From positions 1-59,845 of the forward strand of contig DATKNP010000004.1 of the NCBI GenBank assembly GCA_035541295.1: 59,845 bases of DNA. The letters are read 5' to 3'. The notes below the pieces were generated by a model, which was not told the DNA's origin, did no database searches, and saw nothing but the letters and a program-made list of their open reading frames with translations. Positions 36,970 through 46,199 of the stretch are shown here, piece by piece (positions within the stretch are counted from its first letter, which is position 1; every line of letters begins with the position of its first letter). The translations under genes and the position numbers were made by a program. This DNA is from Minisyncoccota bacterium (GTDB lineage Bacteria > Patescibacteriota > Minisyncoccia > Phycocordibacterales > UBA2100).

Positions 36970-38199
36970 ATGGGAGATTGCATCCACAGAACGACCTGCC
37001 GCATTTGCGGAAGTACGGACCTCGTAGAGGTCCTCGACCTCGGTCGTACACCGCCGGCAAATGCATATCTCAAGTACGAAGATCTCGACAAGCCCGAGAA
37101 ATCATACCCCCTAGTACTATATTTTTGTCGCAACTGCTCCCTTGTACAGCTGCTTGATGTGGTTGATCCTAGGATCCTCTTCAAGGATTACCATTTCTTG
37201 ACGAGCGCCAGCGCTCCCGCGGTCGCACATTTCAGAAAGTATGCCTCCGAAGTCATCATCCCAAACCTTACAGATCCGTCCGATCTCGTTATCGATATCG
37301 GCGGCAATGACGGTGTACTGCTGAGCTATGTGAAGGACCATGCGCGTGTGCTCAATGTCGATCCGGCCGAGAACATGGCCCCTGTTTCAGAAGGAAGTGG
37401 CGTGTCTTTTTATCCAGCATTCTTTACATCGCGGACGGCCGATGACATCATCGCCAAGTATGGGAAAGCGCGGATGGTCGTTGCCAATAATGTATTTGCA
37501 CACACCGATCCGATCCGCGATGTTTTTGAAGGGGTCGCTAAGCTCATTGGGAATGACGGGATATTTGTATTCGAGGTCCATTGGGTGAAGCACCTCATTG
37601 ACCAACGATGTTTCGACCAGATCTATCATGAACACCTCTGCTTCTATTCACTACATGCAGCGAAGTATTTGATCGAGGCAACTGGCATGCAGGTATTCGA
37701 TGTAGAAGTCGTCCCGACACAGGGACAATCACTACGCATCTACGCATCGAAGAATCGTCCTGCAAAAGATTCAGTCATCAAACTTCTTGAGATAGAGCAG
37801 GCTGCAGAATTGACGGATGAAAAAATGTTTCTCGGCTTTGGTAAGCGAGTGAAGGACAATAAAGAGAAGTTGTGCACGCTACTATTTGACTTAAAAGCGC
37901 AAGGTAAGCGTATCGTCGGATACGGCGCGCCCGCCAAGGGCAATACGCTCCTGAATTACTATGGGATCGGTCCGGATACACTCGACTATCTCACCGACAC
38001 GACATCACTCAAGCAAGGTCTCTATAGCCCGGGCATGCATATTCCTATCGTAAGCCCGGAGCGTCTCATGGTCGATCGACCCGATTTCATCCTTCTTTTA
38101 GCTTGGAATTTCAAGGATGCCATTCTTGAAAAAGAAAGCAACCTTCGTGCACAGGGGACAAAGTTCATCATCCCGATTCCCGAAGTGCACGTTATCTAG
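36970..38199 (+). CDS. NDP-hexose C-methyltransferase-type enzyme (Zn-ribbon + class I MT + C-methyltransferase C-terminal domain; TylCIII-like)
   Basis: CRICGSTDL...YFCRNCSLVQL four-Cys ribbon, DIGGNDGVLL motif I, HLCFYS, and a 409-aa length typical of this family. Confidence 0.7.
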   Translation: MGDCIHRTTCRICGSTDLVEVLDLGRTPPANAYLKYEDLDKPEKSYPLVLYFCRNCSLVQLLDVVDPRILFKDYHFLTSASAPAVAHFRKYASEVIIPNLTDPSDLVIDIGGNDGVLLSYVKDHARVLNVDPAENMAPVSEGSGVSFYPAFFTSRTADDIIAKYGKARMVVANNVFAHTDPIRDVFEGVAKLIGNDGIFVFEVHWVKHLIDQRCFDQIYHEHLCFYSLHAAKYLIEATGMQVFDVEVVPTQGQSLRIYASKNRPAKDSVIKLLEIEQAAELTDEKMFLGFGKRVKDNKEKLCTLLFDLKAQGKRIVGYGAPAKGNTLLNYYGIGPDTLDYLTDTTSLKQGLYSPGMHIPIVSPERLMVDRPDFILLLAWNFKDAILEKESNLRAQGTKFIIPIPEVHVI

Positions 38200-38202
38200 T
38201 AT

Positions 38203-40107
38203 ATGAAAAGTCTTTTGTTGCTCTATGAATCGAAACAAGTTTCCATGCTCCCTAGCTTGCGAGCGCTTGTACCGATCGAAGAACAGAAAAATTTGACGAT
38301 CATTGCACTCGGTGTAGATATCGAGCTCGCACTTCGTGAACAGAACATTCTCTTTGAAACCGGACGTGGTCTTCGGACGACCAGTCATGCCGATGCTTTG
38401 ATGAAAACGGAAATGATCGGACGCAGCATACTTTCTGATCCCAGTCTTTCTTTTCTCTTGTATAGAGGGGTACCGCTCGCACATGTCCTCATGCCAGTTT
38501 TGCAAGACTACCTACTTTACCCACTCTATTTTATTGATATCCTCACCACGCTGATAGAAAGGCATCCAGAATGCGAACGGATCATAGTTCCTCCCTCGAC
38601 CATCACCGTCCTTGAAACCGCAGGTATCATGGCACTACTTGAAACTTCCGCTGCAATGGATGCTGCCCGTTTGATCGGAAAGAAATATAACATCGAGATC
38701 CTCATGGTACCGACTGTTGAGTCACGGACGTTCTCGCCGCAAAACTATCTCGTTAACGCCCGCTTTTATTTCACGCGGCGTGTATTTGGATGGGTACTGT
38801 CCTTATTGAATACATTCGTGACCACATTTCGTCGACCGCAACACATACGCGTTCTCGTTACCGATTATTGGAAACATCTGTCGCCCCTTATGAAAAGGCT
38901 TCCGGAGAGCGAGCTCATGCTCCTCGATAGGAGCGAGGTACTTAATGCGGGCTTCCCGGCAATTTGGCGAAATCGAGTACAGTTCATACACATAGAAGAC
39001 TTCCTCTCGCGTCAAATAAAAAAAGAAGCCTCAGTCCAAGCGGTGCGATTACTAGCAGAATGGCAAGACGTCGCTCATTCAAATATAGCGATCCAACAAG
39101 CAGTATTCCGTGGCCACGCGCTAGATAGTCTGCTTCGTACTGCAATCCACCATATGTTCATGGTGGGAGGGAGGCGCTCAATGCGAGTTATCGAAGGTTC
39201 TTATGCTCTCTACGAAAGAATGCGGCCGGATGTCGTTTTGGTGCGCGCAAGTCTTTCACTGCAAATACATTTCCCGATCCTTTGCTATGTTGCAAAGGTG
39301 TTCGGTATTCCATCCATAGAAATTCAGCACGGCCTGCTGTATCTGGGACCCGGCACATTCATCAACAATCCCGCGCCTGAATACATTGCTACTTACGGAC
39401 CACTCACGAGTGCCGGATTCAAGCGATTTGGTTATACGAATGAACAGTTACTCAACACTGGTTCGCCACGATTCGACCAATACGAGATCTTACGGAAATC
39501 GGTGCGAGATTCGTCCAGTTCGACTAAGCTATTTACCATTGCCTGCATCGTACCGGCCGTACTCCCGCAATCATGGTCTGATACGTATGAGGTTGAGGAT
39601 TATTTCAGACACATCGCCGCGGCTGTCGTTGATATTCCCAATATCCAGATAATCTTCAAGTTGCGACCAGGCGCAGAATACGAAGCGTTTTATCAACGTA
39701 TCATCACGGAGCAGATGCGTGACGTTAATTTCAAAATAGCGCAGTACGAATCACTCATCGACGTTTTTGCAGAGGCGGATGTGGTCGCAACGATCTATTC
39801 GACGACAACCCTTGAGGGTCTCATTTCTGGACGACCAGTCGTCTACAACGGGACGCTGGAAATGCACGCGTGGCTTGGTCGCGAGTTCGAAGAATACGAA
39901 CAGGCCGGAGCATTAATGATGGCGACGACGCCGCAGCGATTGAAAGAAATTTTCGAAATTCTAGCGCACGACCCACAACGAGGGGCGGAATTAGTCGCCA
40001 ATGCCGACGCATTTATGAAGAAGAATTATTCTTTCGATGGAGGTGCGGCACAAAGGCTCGCTGACGATATTCGACGCTTGAAAGCCCGAAAGGATTCCGA
40101 AGAATGA
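38203..40107 (+). CDS. Large hypothetical protein; the C-terminal half is GT-B-like (TagB/TagF-like or other sugar/phospho-transferase)
   Basis: 634 aa. IEIQHGLL...GSPRFDQY...ADVVATIYSTTTLEGLISGRPVV resembles GT-B/Glyphos_transf organisation. The N-terminal ~300 aa are unrecognised. Confidence 0.35.
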   Translation: MKSLLLLYESKQVSMLPSLRALVPIEEQKNLTIIALGVDIELALREQNILFETGRGLRTTSHADALMKTEMIGRSILSDPSLSFLLYRGVPLAHVLMPVLQDYLLYPLYFIDILTTLIERHPECERIIVPPSTITVLETAGIMALLETSAAMDAARLIGKKYNIEILMVPTVESRTFSPQNYLVNARFYFTRRVFGWVLSLLNTFVTTFRRPQHIRVLVTDYWKHLSPLMKRLPESELMLLDRSEVLNAGFPAIWRNRVQFIHIEDFLSRQIKKEASVQAVRLLAEWQDVAHSNIAIQQAVFRGHALDSLLRTAIHHMFMVGGRRSMRVIEGSYALYERMRPDVVLVRASLSLQIHFPILCYVAKVFGIPSIEIQHGLLYLGPGTFINNPAPEYIATYGPLTSAGFKRFGYTNEQLLNTGSPRFDQYEILRKSVRDSSSSTKLFTIACIVPAVLPQSWSDTYEVEDYFRHIAAAVVDIPNIQIIFKLRPGAEYEAFYQRIITEQMRDVNFKIAQYESLIDVFAEADVVATIYSTTTLEGLISGRPVVYNGTLEMHAWLGREFEEYEQAGALMMATTPQRLKEIFEILAHDPQRGAELVANADAFMKKNYSFDGGAAQRLADDIRRLKARKDSEE

Positions 40108-40110
40108 GTG

Positions 40111-40980
40111 CTAGGCCTCAGCGTAGGCGATGAGCGTGTCCGTCTTATGAGCTTCTATAAGAATGCGCTCATAAGTACGCTCTATGTCGGTGCTGCGCAG
40201 GGCAGGAAATTTCTTCTGGCCACCCGGCTCTCCAGAGACGAGCCAGCCGATGTGATTAGCGAGTGGGTAGCGTTGGAATCCTTGTATCTCGATATTCTTG
40301 AAACCACCTGCCTGCAGGAATGCACGCAAGCTTTCTTTTGTATGAAGAATGAAATGTTCGCTCCAGAGCGAGAATTGTTTGAATGAATCCAAAGAAAAGA
40401 GTACATCGCGTGCATGCGGTACCTCGATGACGATTTTGCCGCCTGGGCGCAAGAGTTTCCGAGTCGCCGCGAGCGTTTCGAGTGGATCGGTAATATGTTC
40501 GAGTACATGAAAAAGCGTCGCTATGTCGAAACGGCTTTCGGGAGCTTCTTCCGGGACGCGATACATCTCATAACCGAGCGTGATGAGTTCTTTTCGGACA
40601 TATTCTTGCGGCTCGATCCCAGAGATACTGTGTGAAGCCCTTTTGATCTGATCCATGAATCCTCCCGTGCCGCAACCGACATCAATGACATCTTTGCCGA
40701 CAATGAGATCATGAAATTGTTTCGCGCGACGCTCGTCATCCTCGCGATATTTTTCAAGTGCCTCTGCCCGATCCTTCGCGCCCCAATATGAGCCGCCTTC
40801 GATGGACTCATAGTGCGCCATGTCCATATGATCGGAACGGTCCAGAAAAATGATTCCTGTCTCGGTATCGCGCAGGACACCGATATCATCGCGATCGCGC
40901 ACGCGCGCCGAGAATTTCTCAAGACGCTTTTCGTCGATGAGACCGAGCTTGATGAGGTCGCACGCGATCTTGTTTTCCAT
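40111..40980 (-). CDS. Class I SAM-dependent methyltransferase
   Basis: VIDVGCGTGGF motif I, DIATLFHVLEHITDP, and LRPGGKIVIEVP. Its stop codon lies 3 nt from the stop of the convergent gene. Confidence 0.75.
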   Translation of the reverse strand: MENKIACDLIKLGLIDEKRLEKFSARVRDRDDIGVLRDTETGIIFLDRSDHMDMAHYESIEGGSYWGAKDRAEALEKYREDDERRAKQFHDLIVGKDVIDVGCGTGGFMDQIKRASHSISGIEPQEYVRKELITLGYEMYRVPEEAPESRFDIATLFHVLEHITDPLETLAATRKLLRPGGKIVIEVPHARDVLFSLDSFKQFSLWSEHFILHTKESLRAFLQAGGFKNIEIQGFQRYPLANHIGWLVSGEPGGQKKFPALRSTDIERTYERILIEAHKTDTLIAYAEA

Positions 40981-40982
40981 TG

Positions 40983-41870
40983 TTAGAAGCGCTTCAACTT
41001 CTTACGCTGTACTTCTTCGATGTCGAGAACCTCTTTCTTTTTGTGGGTGAGTGCTGTGTGGGTCGCATGTAAGTCACGTACAAGTCGGCGCATACCATCG
41101 GGCTCGAGGGATGCCGCGTGATCGGTTCCTTTCCAGGTGCGGTTGAGCGTGAAGTGGCGTTCAATGATGGGAGCTCCGAGCGTGTATGCGGCGTTATCAA
41201 TCGCGATGCCGTTGTGATGTCCCGAGAATCCTATTTCTTTGACGATATTGCCATACGTTTTCTTGAGGCGGACGATCTCAAGCAGCGCGACATCTTCGAA
41301 AGGTACTGGATAGCCTGAGGTGCAAGCGTACAAGACGACATCCTTGGCGCGGCCGTGCTTTTTCATAAAATCAACGATCTTTTTCTCTTCAGCGCGCGTC
41401 GTCATACCGAGCGCGATGTGAATTTCACCATTGTAGTGCTTCGCGAGGTATTCGAGCATGTCGAATCGTAAGTTGGAAGGTGAGCCGACTTTGATCATAC
41501 GCGGCTGTAAGACGGCGATCTGCTTGGCCGAGGTCAAATCCCAGACCGAGCTCGAATACTCGATACCGAGACCCTCCGCATATTTCTTGAGCTTCGCGTG
41601 TTGGGCTGGTGTGAACTCAAGAAACTCACGATGAGCGCCGTACGTGTCGCCGTAGCTGTTGTCCGGATTGGGATGCGGTGCATTGTATTCTTCCGGCGTG
41701 AAAAGCTCTTTGTTGGTGCGCTTCTGAAACTTGACCGCATCAGCTTCGCAGAACGCTTTGGCGACCTGGATCATTTGCTTGGCAATTTCAAAATCACCCT
41801 TATGGTTCCCGCCGATCTCGGCGATGACGTAGGGTTTCTTATAGAGAGGTGCAGCAGTCTTTTTGGCCAT
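40983..41870 (-). CDS. NeuB-family nonulosonic acid (sialic-acid-type) synthase, no SAF domain
   Basis: The start was moved to ATG 41870 (MAKKTAAPLYKKPYVIAEIGGNHKGDFEIAKQMI). DAVKFQKR and SGHHNG motifs. It ends ~50-60 aa short of SAF-containing NeuB proteins. Confidence 0.75.
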   Translation of the reverse strand: MAKKTAAPLYKKPYVIAEIGGNHKGDFEIAKQMIQVAKAFCEADAVKFQKRTNKELFTPEEYNAPHPNPDNSYGDTYGAHREFLEFTPAQHAKLKKYAEGLGIEYSSSVWDLTSAKQIAVLQPRMIKVGSPSNLRFDMLEYLAKHYNGEIHIALGMTTRAEEKKIVDFMKKHGRAKDVVLYACTSGYPVPFEDVALLEIVRLKKTYGNIVKEIGFSGHHNGIAIDNAAYTLGAPIIERHFTLNRTWKGTDHAASLEPDGMRRLVRDLHATHTALTHKKKEVLDIEEVQRKKLKRF

Positions 41871-41884
41871 AGAGGAACACTGTA

Positions 41885-42577
41885 TCACTTTCCTTTTTCG
41901 CGTGCCAGAAGCAGCTTCTCGACCTCTACCCAATCTTCCGGTTCGTCGAGTTCAACCGCAAAATGCGGCGGCATCTCGTAGACACCGATCGAGCCCCCGA
42001 GGCGGTTCTTCTCACGCTCAAGCGTCTCTTTCTTTGTAATATAGAACGCACCGTTCTCCATAATCGTGCCTTTGAACTGCTGACGCATCGGCCGATTCTT
42101 GTAATCGTAATTGTGTGCGACCCCGTCGTCAGTCCAGAAGAACCGCTTCGTACGCACACCGGTCAGCATCGAGTCGTGATCGTTCTTGAGGAAATGATCG
42201 AGTGCGGCTTCGAGCTCTGCCTCGGTCGTGAGAGGAGATGTCGCCTGAATAGTGAAGAGAATGTCGAAGTCCGGCACTTCCTGCATAAAATGCATCATCA
42301 CTGCGTCGGTCGTCGTGAGATCCTGTGCGAGCTCCTCCGGCCTCTTGATGACCTTCACGCCAAGTCCGAGCGATTCAACGACTTCTTTGATTTTCGGATC
42401 CTCGGTCGAGACATATACTTCTGAAATAGAAGGAGAATCAGTAGCCGCCTTAAGTACCCAGTAGGCGAGGGGCATTCCACCTATTTCTTTAATGTTCTTA
42501 TACGGAATCGACTTCGAGCCACCACGAAGTGGAACAAGAGCAACAACCTTTTTTTTATGAGTTCCTTTTCCGATCAT
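41885..42577 (-). CDS. Acylneuraminate (CMP-nonulosonate) cytidylyltransferase
   Basis: The start was moved to ATG 42577. VVALVPLRGGSKSIPYKNIKEIGGMPL is the CMP-NeuAc/CMP-Kdo synthetase N-terminal motif. Confidence 0.8.
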   Translation of the reverse strand: MIGKGTHKKKVVALVPLRGGSKSIPYKNIKEIGGMPLAYWVLKAATDSPSISEVYVSTEDPKIKEVVESLGLGVKVIKRPEELAQDLTTTDAVMMHFMQEVPDFDILFTIQATSPLTTEAELEAALDHFLKNDHDSMLTGVRTKRFFWTDDGVAHNYDYKNRPMRQQFKGTIMENGAFYITKKETLEREKNRLGGSIGVYEMPPHFAVELDEPEDWVEVEKLLLAREKGK

Positions 42578-42654
42578 GTAGTAGTCTATTGACACTTAAT
42601 GATAATTAATACATACTATAAGCAGGAAATAGACAAAAAGCAAGGGAGATCCAC

Positions 42655-43662
42655 GTGAACATCTTGGCACTTACGACAATGTTCGCCGCGGTGCTTGGGC
42701 TCGCGGCCACGTTTCTCTATAGAAGATACCTTCTCGGGAAGTTAGGAGTTTTTACCGGAAAAGAAATATTGGTGGGACAATCGACAATTGCCGCTCTGAT
42801 GTGCATCGCGTTTTTTGTCACGGTAGGTCCGTGGTGGAATACGTTCGCTCCTGAAAAGCAAAATCCATCTATTTGGTGGATCGGTCTCGGAATGACGACA
42901 ATAGTTGGCTTCGTCATACAGTTCGCCAACATGCGTGTAGCGAGTCTTGCCGAAGCCTCGTTCACTGCGCCTATCAGTGCGATGACGCCAGGCCTCGTCC
43001 TCCTTTCGGCACTCATGATTGGAGAGAAGCCCGGACGCATTGGAATAATTGGCATCATCATTGTCGGAATCGGTACATTCATTCATGTGCGTGAAGGTGC
43101 ATCGTGGCGCGAATATCTGAAGCCACTTTTTTTCTGGCGATTATTCTCGCCTGTTGAGAAATTGCCGGAAGCAGAGCGAAACAAGATACTCGCACTGCGA
43201 TGGGCTTATGCGTCTGCGACGTGTGGAAGCATAGGACTGCTAGGTGACGGGCTCATCGCTCGTCACGGTGACATGATTCTAGCGGTCACGATCCAGCTTG
43301 TCGCATTCGCTCTCGGCTTCATGGTGTTCGTCCCGAATCGGACGAACGATGAAAGGTCCAAGAGTCGATTTTTTCCGCGTCTTCGGGCCAATGCACCGCG
43401 AATGGTGATCATGGGAATCGTCTACGGACTACCTTTCATCCTCCTAGGAGTTGCGTTCCGGCTTGCGCCGATCGCTTCTATCGGAAGTCTGAAGCGACTC
43501 TCGCTGGTCTTGATCGCAATCGGCGGTAGCCGGCTCTTGGGTGAACAATCGGGCACGCGACGTGTTCTGCTCTCTATGATCATCGTGGTTGGGGCAATTC
43601 TCATCAGCCTCGATCCGACTTCAGCGGTATTCATCGATTCGCTCGATGCACACCTGCAATGA
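42655..43662 (+). CDS. Multi-pass membrane protein, DMT/EamA-like permease
   Basis: 335 aa with about 10 hydrophobic segments and two EamA-like halves (..LMIGEKPGRIGIIGIIIVGIG..). GTG start 6 nt after agggag. Confidence 0.5.
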   Translation: MNILALTTMFAAVLGLAATFLYRRYLLGKLGVFTGKEILVGQSTIAALMCIAFFVTVGPWWNTFAPEKQNPSIWWIGLGMTTIVGFVIQFANMRVASLAEASFTAPISAMTPGLVLLSALMIGEKPGRIGIIGIIIVGIGTFIHVREGASWREYLKPLFFWRLFSPVEKLPEAERNKILALRWAYASATCGSIGLLGDGLIARHGDMILAVTIQLVAFALGFMVFVPNRTNDERSKSRFFPRLRANAPRMVIMGIVYGLPFILLGVAFRLAPIASIGSLKRLSLVLIAIGGSRLLGEQSGTRRVLLSMIIVVGAILISLDPTSAVFIDSLDAHLQ

Positions 43663-43684
43663 TCGCGAACAAACGACTTCAAAA

Positions 43685-43710
43685 GGGCGGCTTCGGCTGC
43701 CCGTTTTTTT
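43685..43710 (+). terminator. Intrinsic terminator
   Basis: gggcggc-ttcg-gctgccc followed by gttttttt. Confidence 0.7.
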
Positions 43711-43768
43711 ATATAAAAATCGACACGTCGCGTTTCCAAGGAGACGAATTTTTGATAGACTCATCGAC

Positions 43769-44356
43769 ATGGAATCTGCTGTCAGTGGGCCCATACTCAA
43801 GACCTTCAAAGGCCTTATCCTCGACGCCGATGGCGTGTGGTTTTCGGGGCATGAGTATCGAACGGTCTTGGCGGATGGTTCGGTAGCGGTCATGAAAAAG
43901 CGACATTTTCATGATGCGCAAGGGTTGTCATTCTTGCGTGCACTTGGTCTCAAAGTCGTCTTCGCGACCGGAGAAGGCCAGCCACTCGATAGCATCATCG
44001 ACAAAATCAATAAGATTCCATCGGCTGCATCAGGTGCCTGGGTACCGGTCGAACTATTCACGGGACAGCTCAACAAGGGTGGCAAGGTTGCATCGCTTGA
44101 AGCATGGCTCGCACAGCAAAACCTTACCTGGAGCGATTGCATCTATATCGGCGATGATCGCACTGACCTCGAAGCGATATTGAAAATAAAATCCGAAGGA
44201 GGAATTGTTGTCGTCCCTGCGGATGCGACACGGCTTGTAAAAAAGCTTGGCGACATTGTTCTCACCAAGGATGGTGGCGAGGGTGCGATACGGGAGTTCG
44301 CCGAGCTGGTGCTCGACGCGCGTGGGATCGATGAAGCGACGCTACCGGCCGCATAA
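43769..44356 (+). CDS. HAD-IIIA phosphatase of the KdsC (Kdo-8-P / KDN-9-P phosphatase) type
   Basis: The start was moved to ATG 43769. LILDADGVW (DxDG), ATGEG, IGDDRTDL, and GGEGAIREFAELVL follow the KdsC pattern. Confidence 0.75.
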   Translation: MESAVSGPILKTFKGLILDADGVWFSGHEYRTVLADGSVAVMKKRHFHDAQGLSFLRALGLKVVFATGEGQPLDSIIDKINKIPSAASGAWVPVELFTGQLNKGGKVASLEAWLAQQNLTWSDCIYIGDDRTDLEAILKIKSEGGIVVVPADATRLVKKLGDIVLTKDGGEGAIREFAELVLDARGIDEATLPAA

Positions 44357-44363
44357 GATTGCT

Positions 44364-46172
44364 ATGGCAACACGCACACCAGATCGCAGTTCGCTCGATA
44401 TCCTCGCACATACCTTTCGCGGCTATCTCTGGTATTTCATCGCGGTCACCGCCCTCGGGACGCTGACAGCACTTATCGATGGCGTCTCGATCGCTTCGAT
44501 CATTCCCATCGTCTCGTTTCTCATTCCGAGTACTGCTACGGTCAGTACTACCGTGACACACGTCATGCAGGTCACTTTCTCTATCCTGCACATACCGTTC
44601 AAGTTCTTCTTCATGTTGCTTTTCGTCTCGTGTCTCATCATAACGCGCGCCGTCTTGATGGCACTCTTCGTTCTCTTGCGCGGCATCGGGTCGGGACGTT
44701 TCTTGTCGTATCAGATCGATTCAACCTATACATCATTGCTTAATGTCCGCTGGCAATTCGCATTGCGGGAAAAGGCCGGACATTTACAAAACATCGTCCT
44801 CTGGGATACGAAACGTGCGGGACAGCTCCTCGACGGCATAGTGCAATTCCTCCAGTCGGTGACCGGATTTCTCATTTACCTTGCATTAGCGGTCTTCATT
44901 TCGCCGTTCGTGACCTTCTTGGCACTTGGCGCGGGCGCAGTACTCATCTTTATTCTGCGGCCCTTTATGTATAAGACGCGGCAGTTTGCCGACGAGACGG
45001 CACGGCTCGAGAAGGATATTGCGCAGCACATCGGCGAGCACATCCAAGGATTCAAGACCGTTAAAGCTTCTGGTGTCGTCCCCCAAGCGCTCAGCGTTGC
45101 ACGCGCCTACCTCACACGCTTCCGCGAGCTTGCAGTGCGAGCGATATTTGTCCAGAGCCTCGGATCTATTTTCATACAACCCTTTGGGTTCATCTTTGCG
45201 ATGGGCGTCTTCGCGTTCAGCTACTATTCAGGCAATTTCAATATCGCTGCATTTGCGGCGACTTTGTATCTCATCCAGAAGATCTTCGTCTATTTAGACT
45301 CCACACAATCGTCATTCAGCATGGTGATACAGTACATTCCGTTTGCCGAGAGCGTCCTCTCTTTCAAAGCGCGCACGTACGCAGAACGTGAAGAAGATGC
45401 GGTAGGGGCGCAACACTTTGCATTCGAAAAAGACATTGTATTTGACAAGGTATCGTTGCGGCACGAAGGCGGCGCGGAGGCGCTCTCCGACGCCTCATTC
45501 GTCATCAAAAAAGGTCAGTTCGTTGGTATTGTGGGACCGTCAGGAAGTGGCAAGACATCGCTCGCTGATCTCTTACTGCGCCTCTTCACCCCGACAACGG
45601 GCACGATCAAGGCCGACGGGATCTCAATCTCGAATATCCGAATGAGTGAATGGCGACGATCGATCGGCTACGTCTCGCAAGATTCATTCCTGCTCCATGC
45701 TTCCATTCGCGAGAATATTCGTTTTTACGATGAATCCATCACCGAGGCAGATATCGATCGTGCGATCCGCGAAGCACAGCTGTTTGATTTCATCAAGTCG
45801 CTACCGGAGGGACTCGATACAATTCTCGGTGACCGTGGTGTGACGCTCTCCGGTGGCCAGCGCCAACGAGTCGCGCTCGCCCGTACGCTCGCTCGGCACC
45901 CCTCGATATTGGTAATGGATGAAGTAACAAGTGCGCTCGACTCGGAGTTGGAAGAACAAATACAGGCAGTTATCAGTGAGTTGCACGGGTCTATAACGCT
46001 CGTGGTTGTTGCACATCGTGTCTCGACGGTGGTCAATGCCGATGAGATCATCGTATTGAAAGATGGGGTCACCATGGAACAAGGTGCACCATCGGCCATG
46101 CTCAGCAATCCCGATTCCTATCTTTCCCGTATTGTCGGGCTTCAAGGAGGGAATCAAGACGCGAATCGCTGA
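44364..46172 (+). CDS. ABC exporter, fused permease-ATPase half transporter (MsbA/PglK-like)
   Basis: The start was moved to ATG 44364. Six N-terminal TM helices. Walker A GPSGSGKTS, signature LSGGQRQR, Walker B ILVMDEVTS. Confidence 0.85.
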   Translation: MATRTPDRSSLDILAHTFRGYLWYFIAVTALGTLTALIDGVSIASIIPIVSFLIPSTATVSTTVTHVMQVTFSILHIPFKFFFMLLFVSCLIITRAVLMALFVLLRGIGSGRFLSYQIDSTYTSLLNVRWQFALREKAGHLQNIVLWDTKRAGQLLDGIVQFLQSVTGFLIYLALAVFISPFVTFLALGAGAVLIFILRPFMYKTRQFADETARLEKDIAQHIGEHIQGFKTVKASGVVPQALSVARAYLTRFRELAVRAIFVQSLGSIFIQPFGFIFAMGVFAFSYYSGNFNIAAFAATLYLIQKIFVYLDSTQSSFSMVIQYIPFAESVLSFKARTYAEREEDAVGAQHFAFEKDIVFDKVSLRHEGGAEALSDASFVIKKGQFVGIVGPSGSGKTSLADLLLRLFTPTTGTIKADGISISNIRMSEWRRSIGYVSQDSFLLHASIRENIRFYDESITEADIDRAIREAQLFDFIKSLPEGLDTILGDRGVTLSGGQRQRVALARTLARHPSILVMDEVTSALDSELEEQIQAVISELHGSITLVVVAHRVSTVVNADEIIVLKDGVTMEQGAPSAMLSNPDSYLSRIVGLQGGNQDANR

Positions 46173-46199
46173 AGCAGAGAGTTCGTGTATAGTTCCAAT

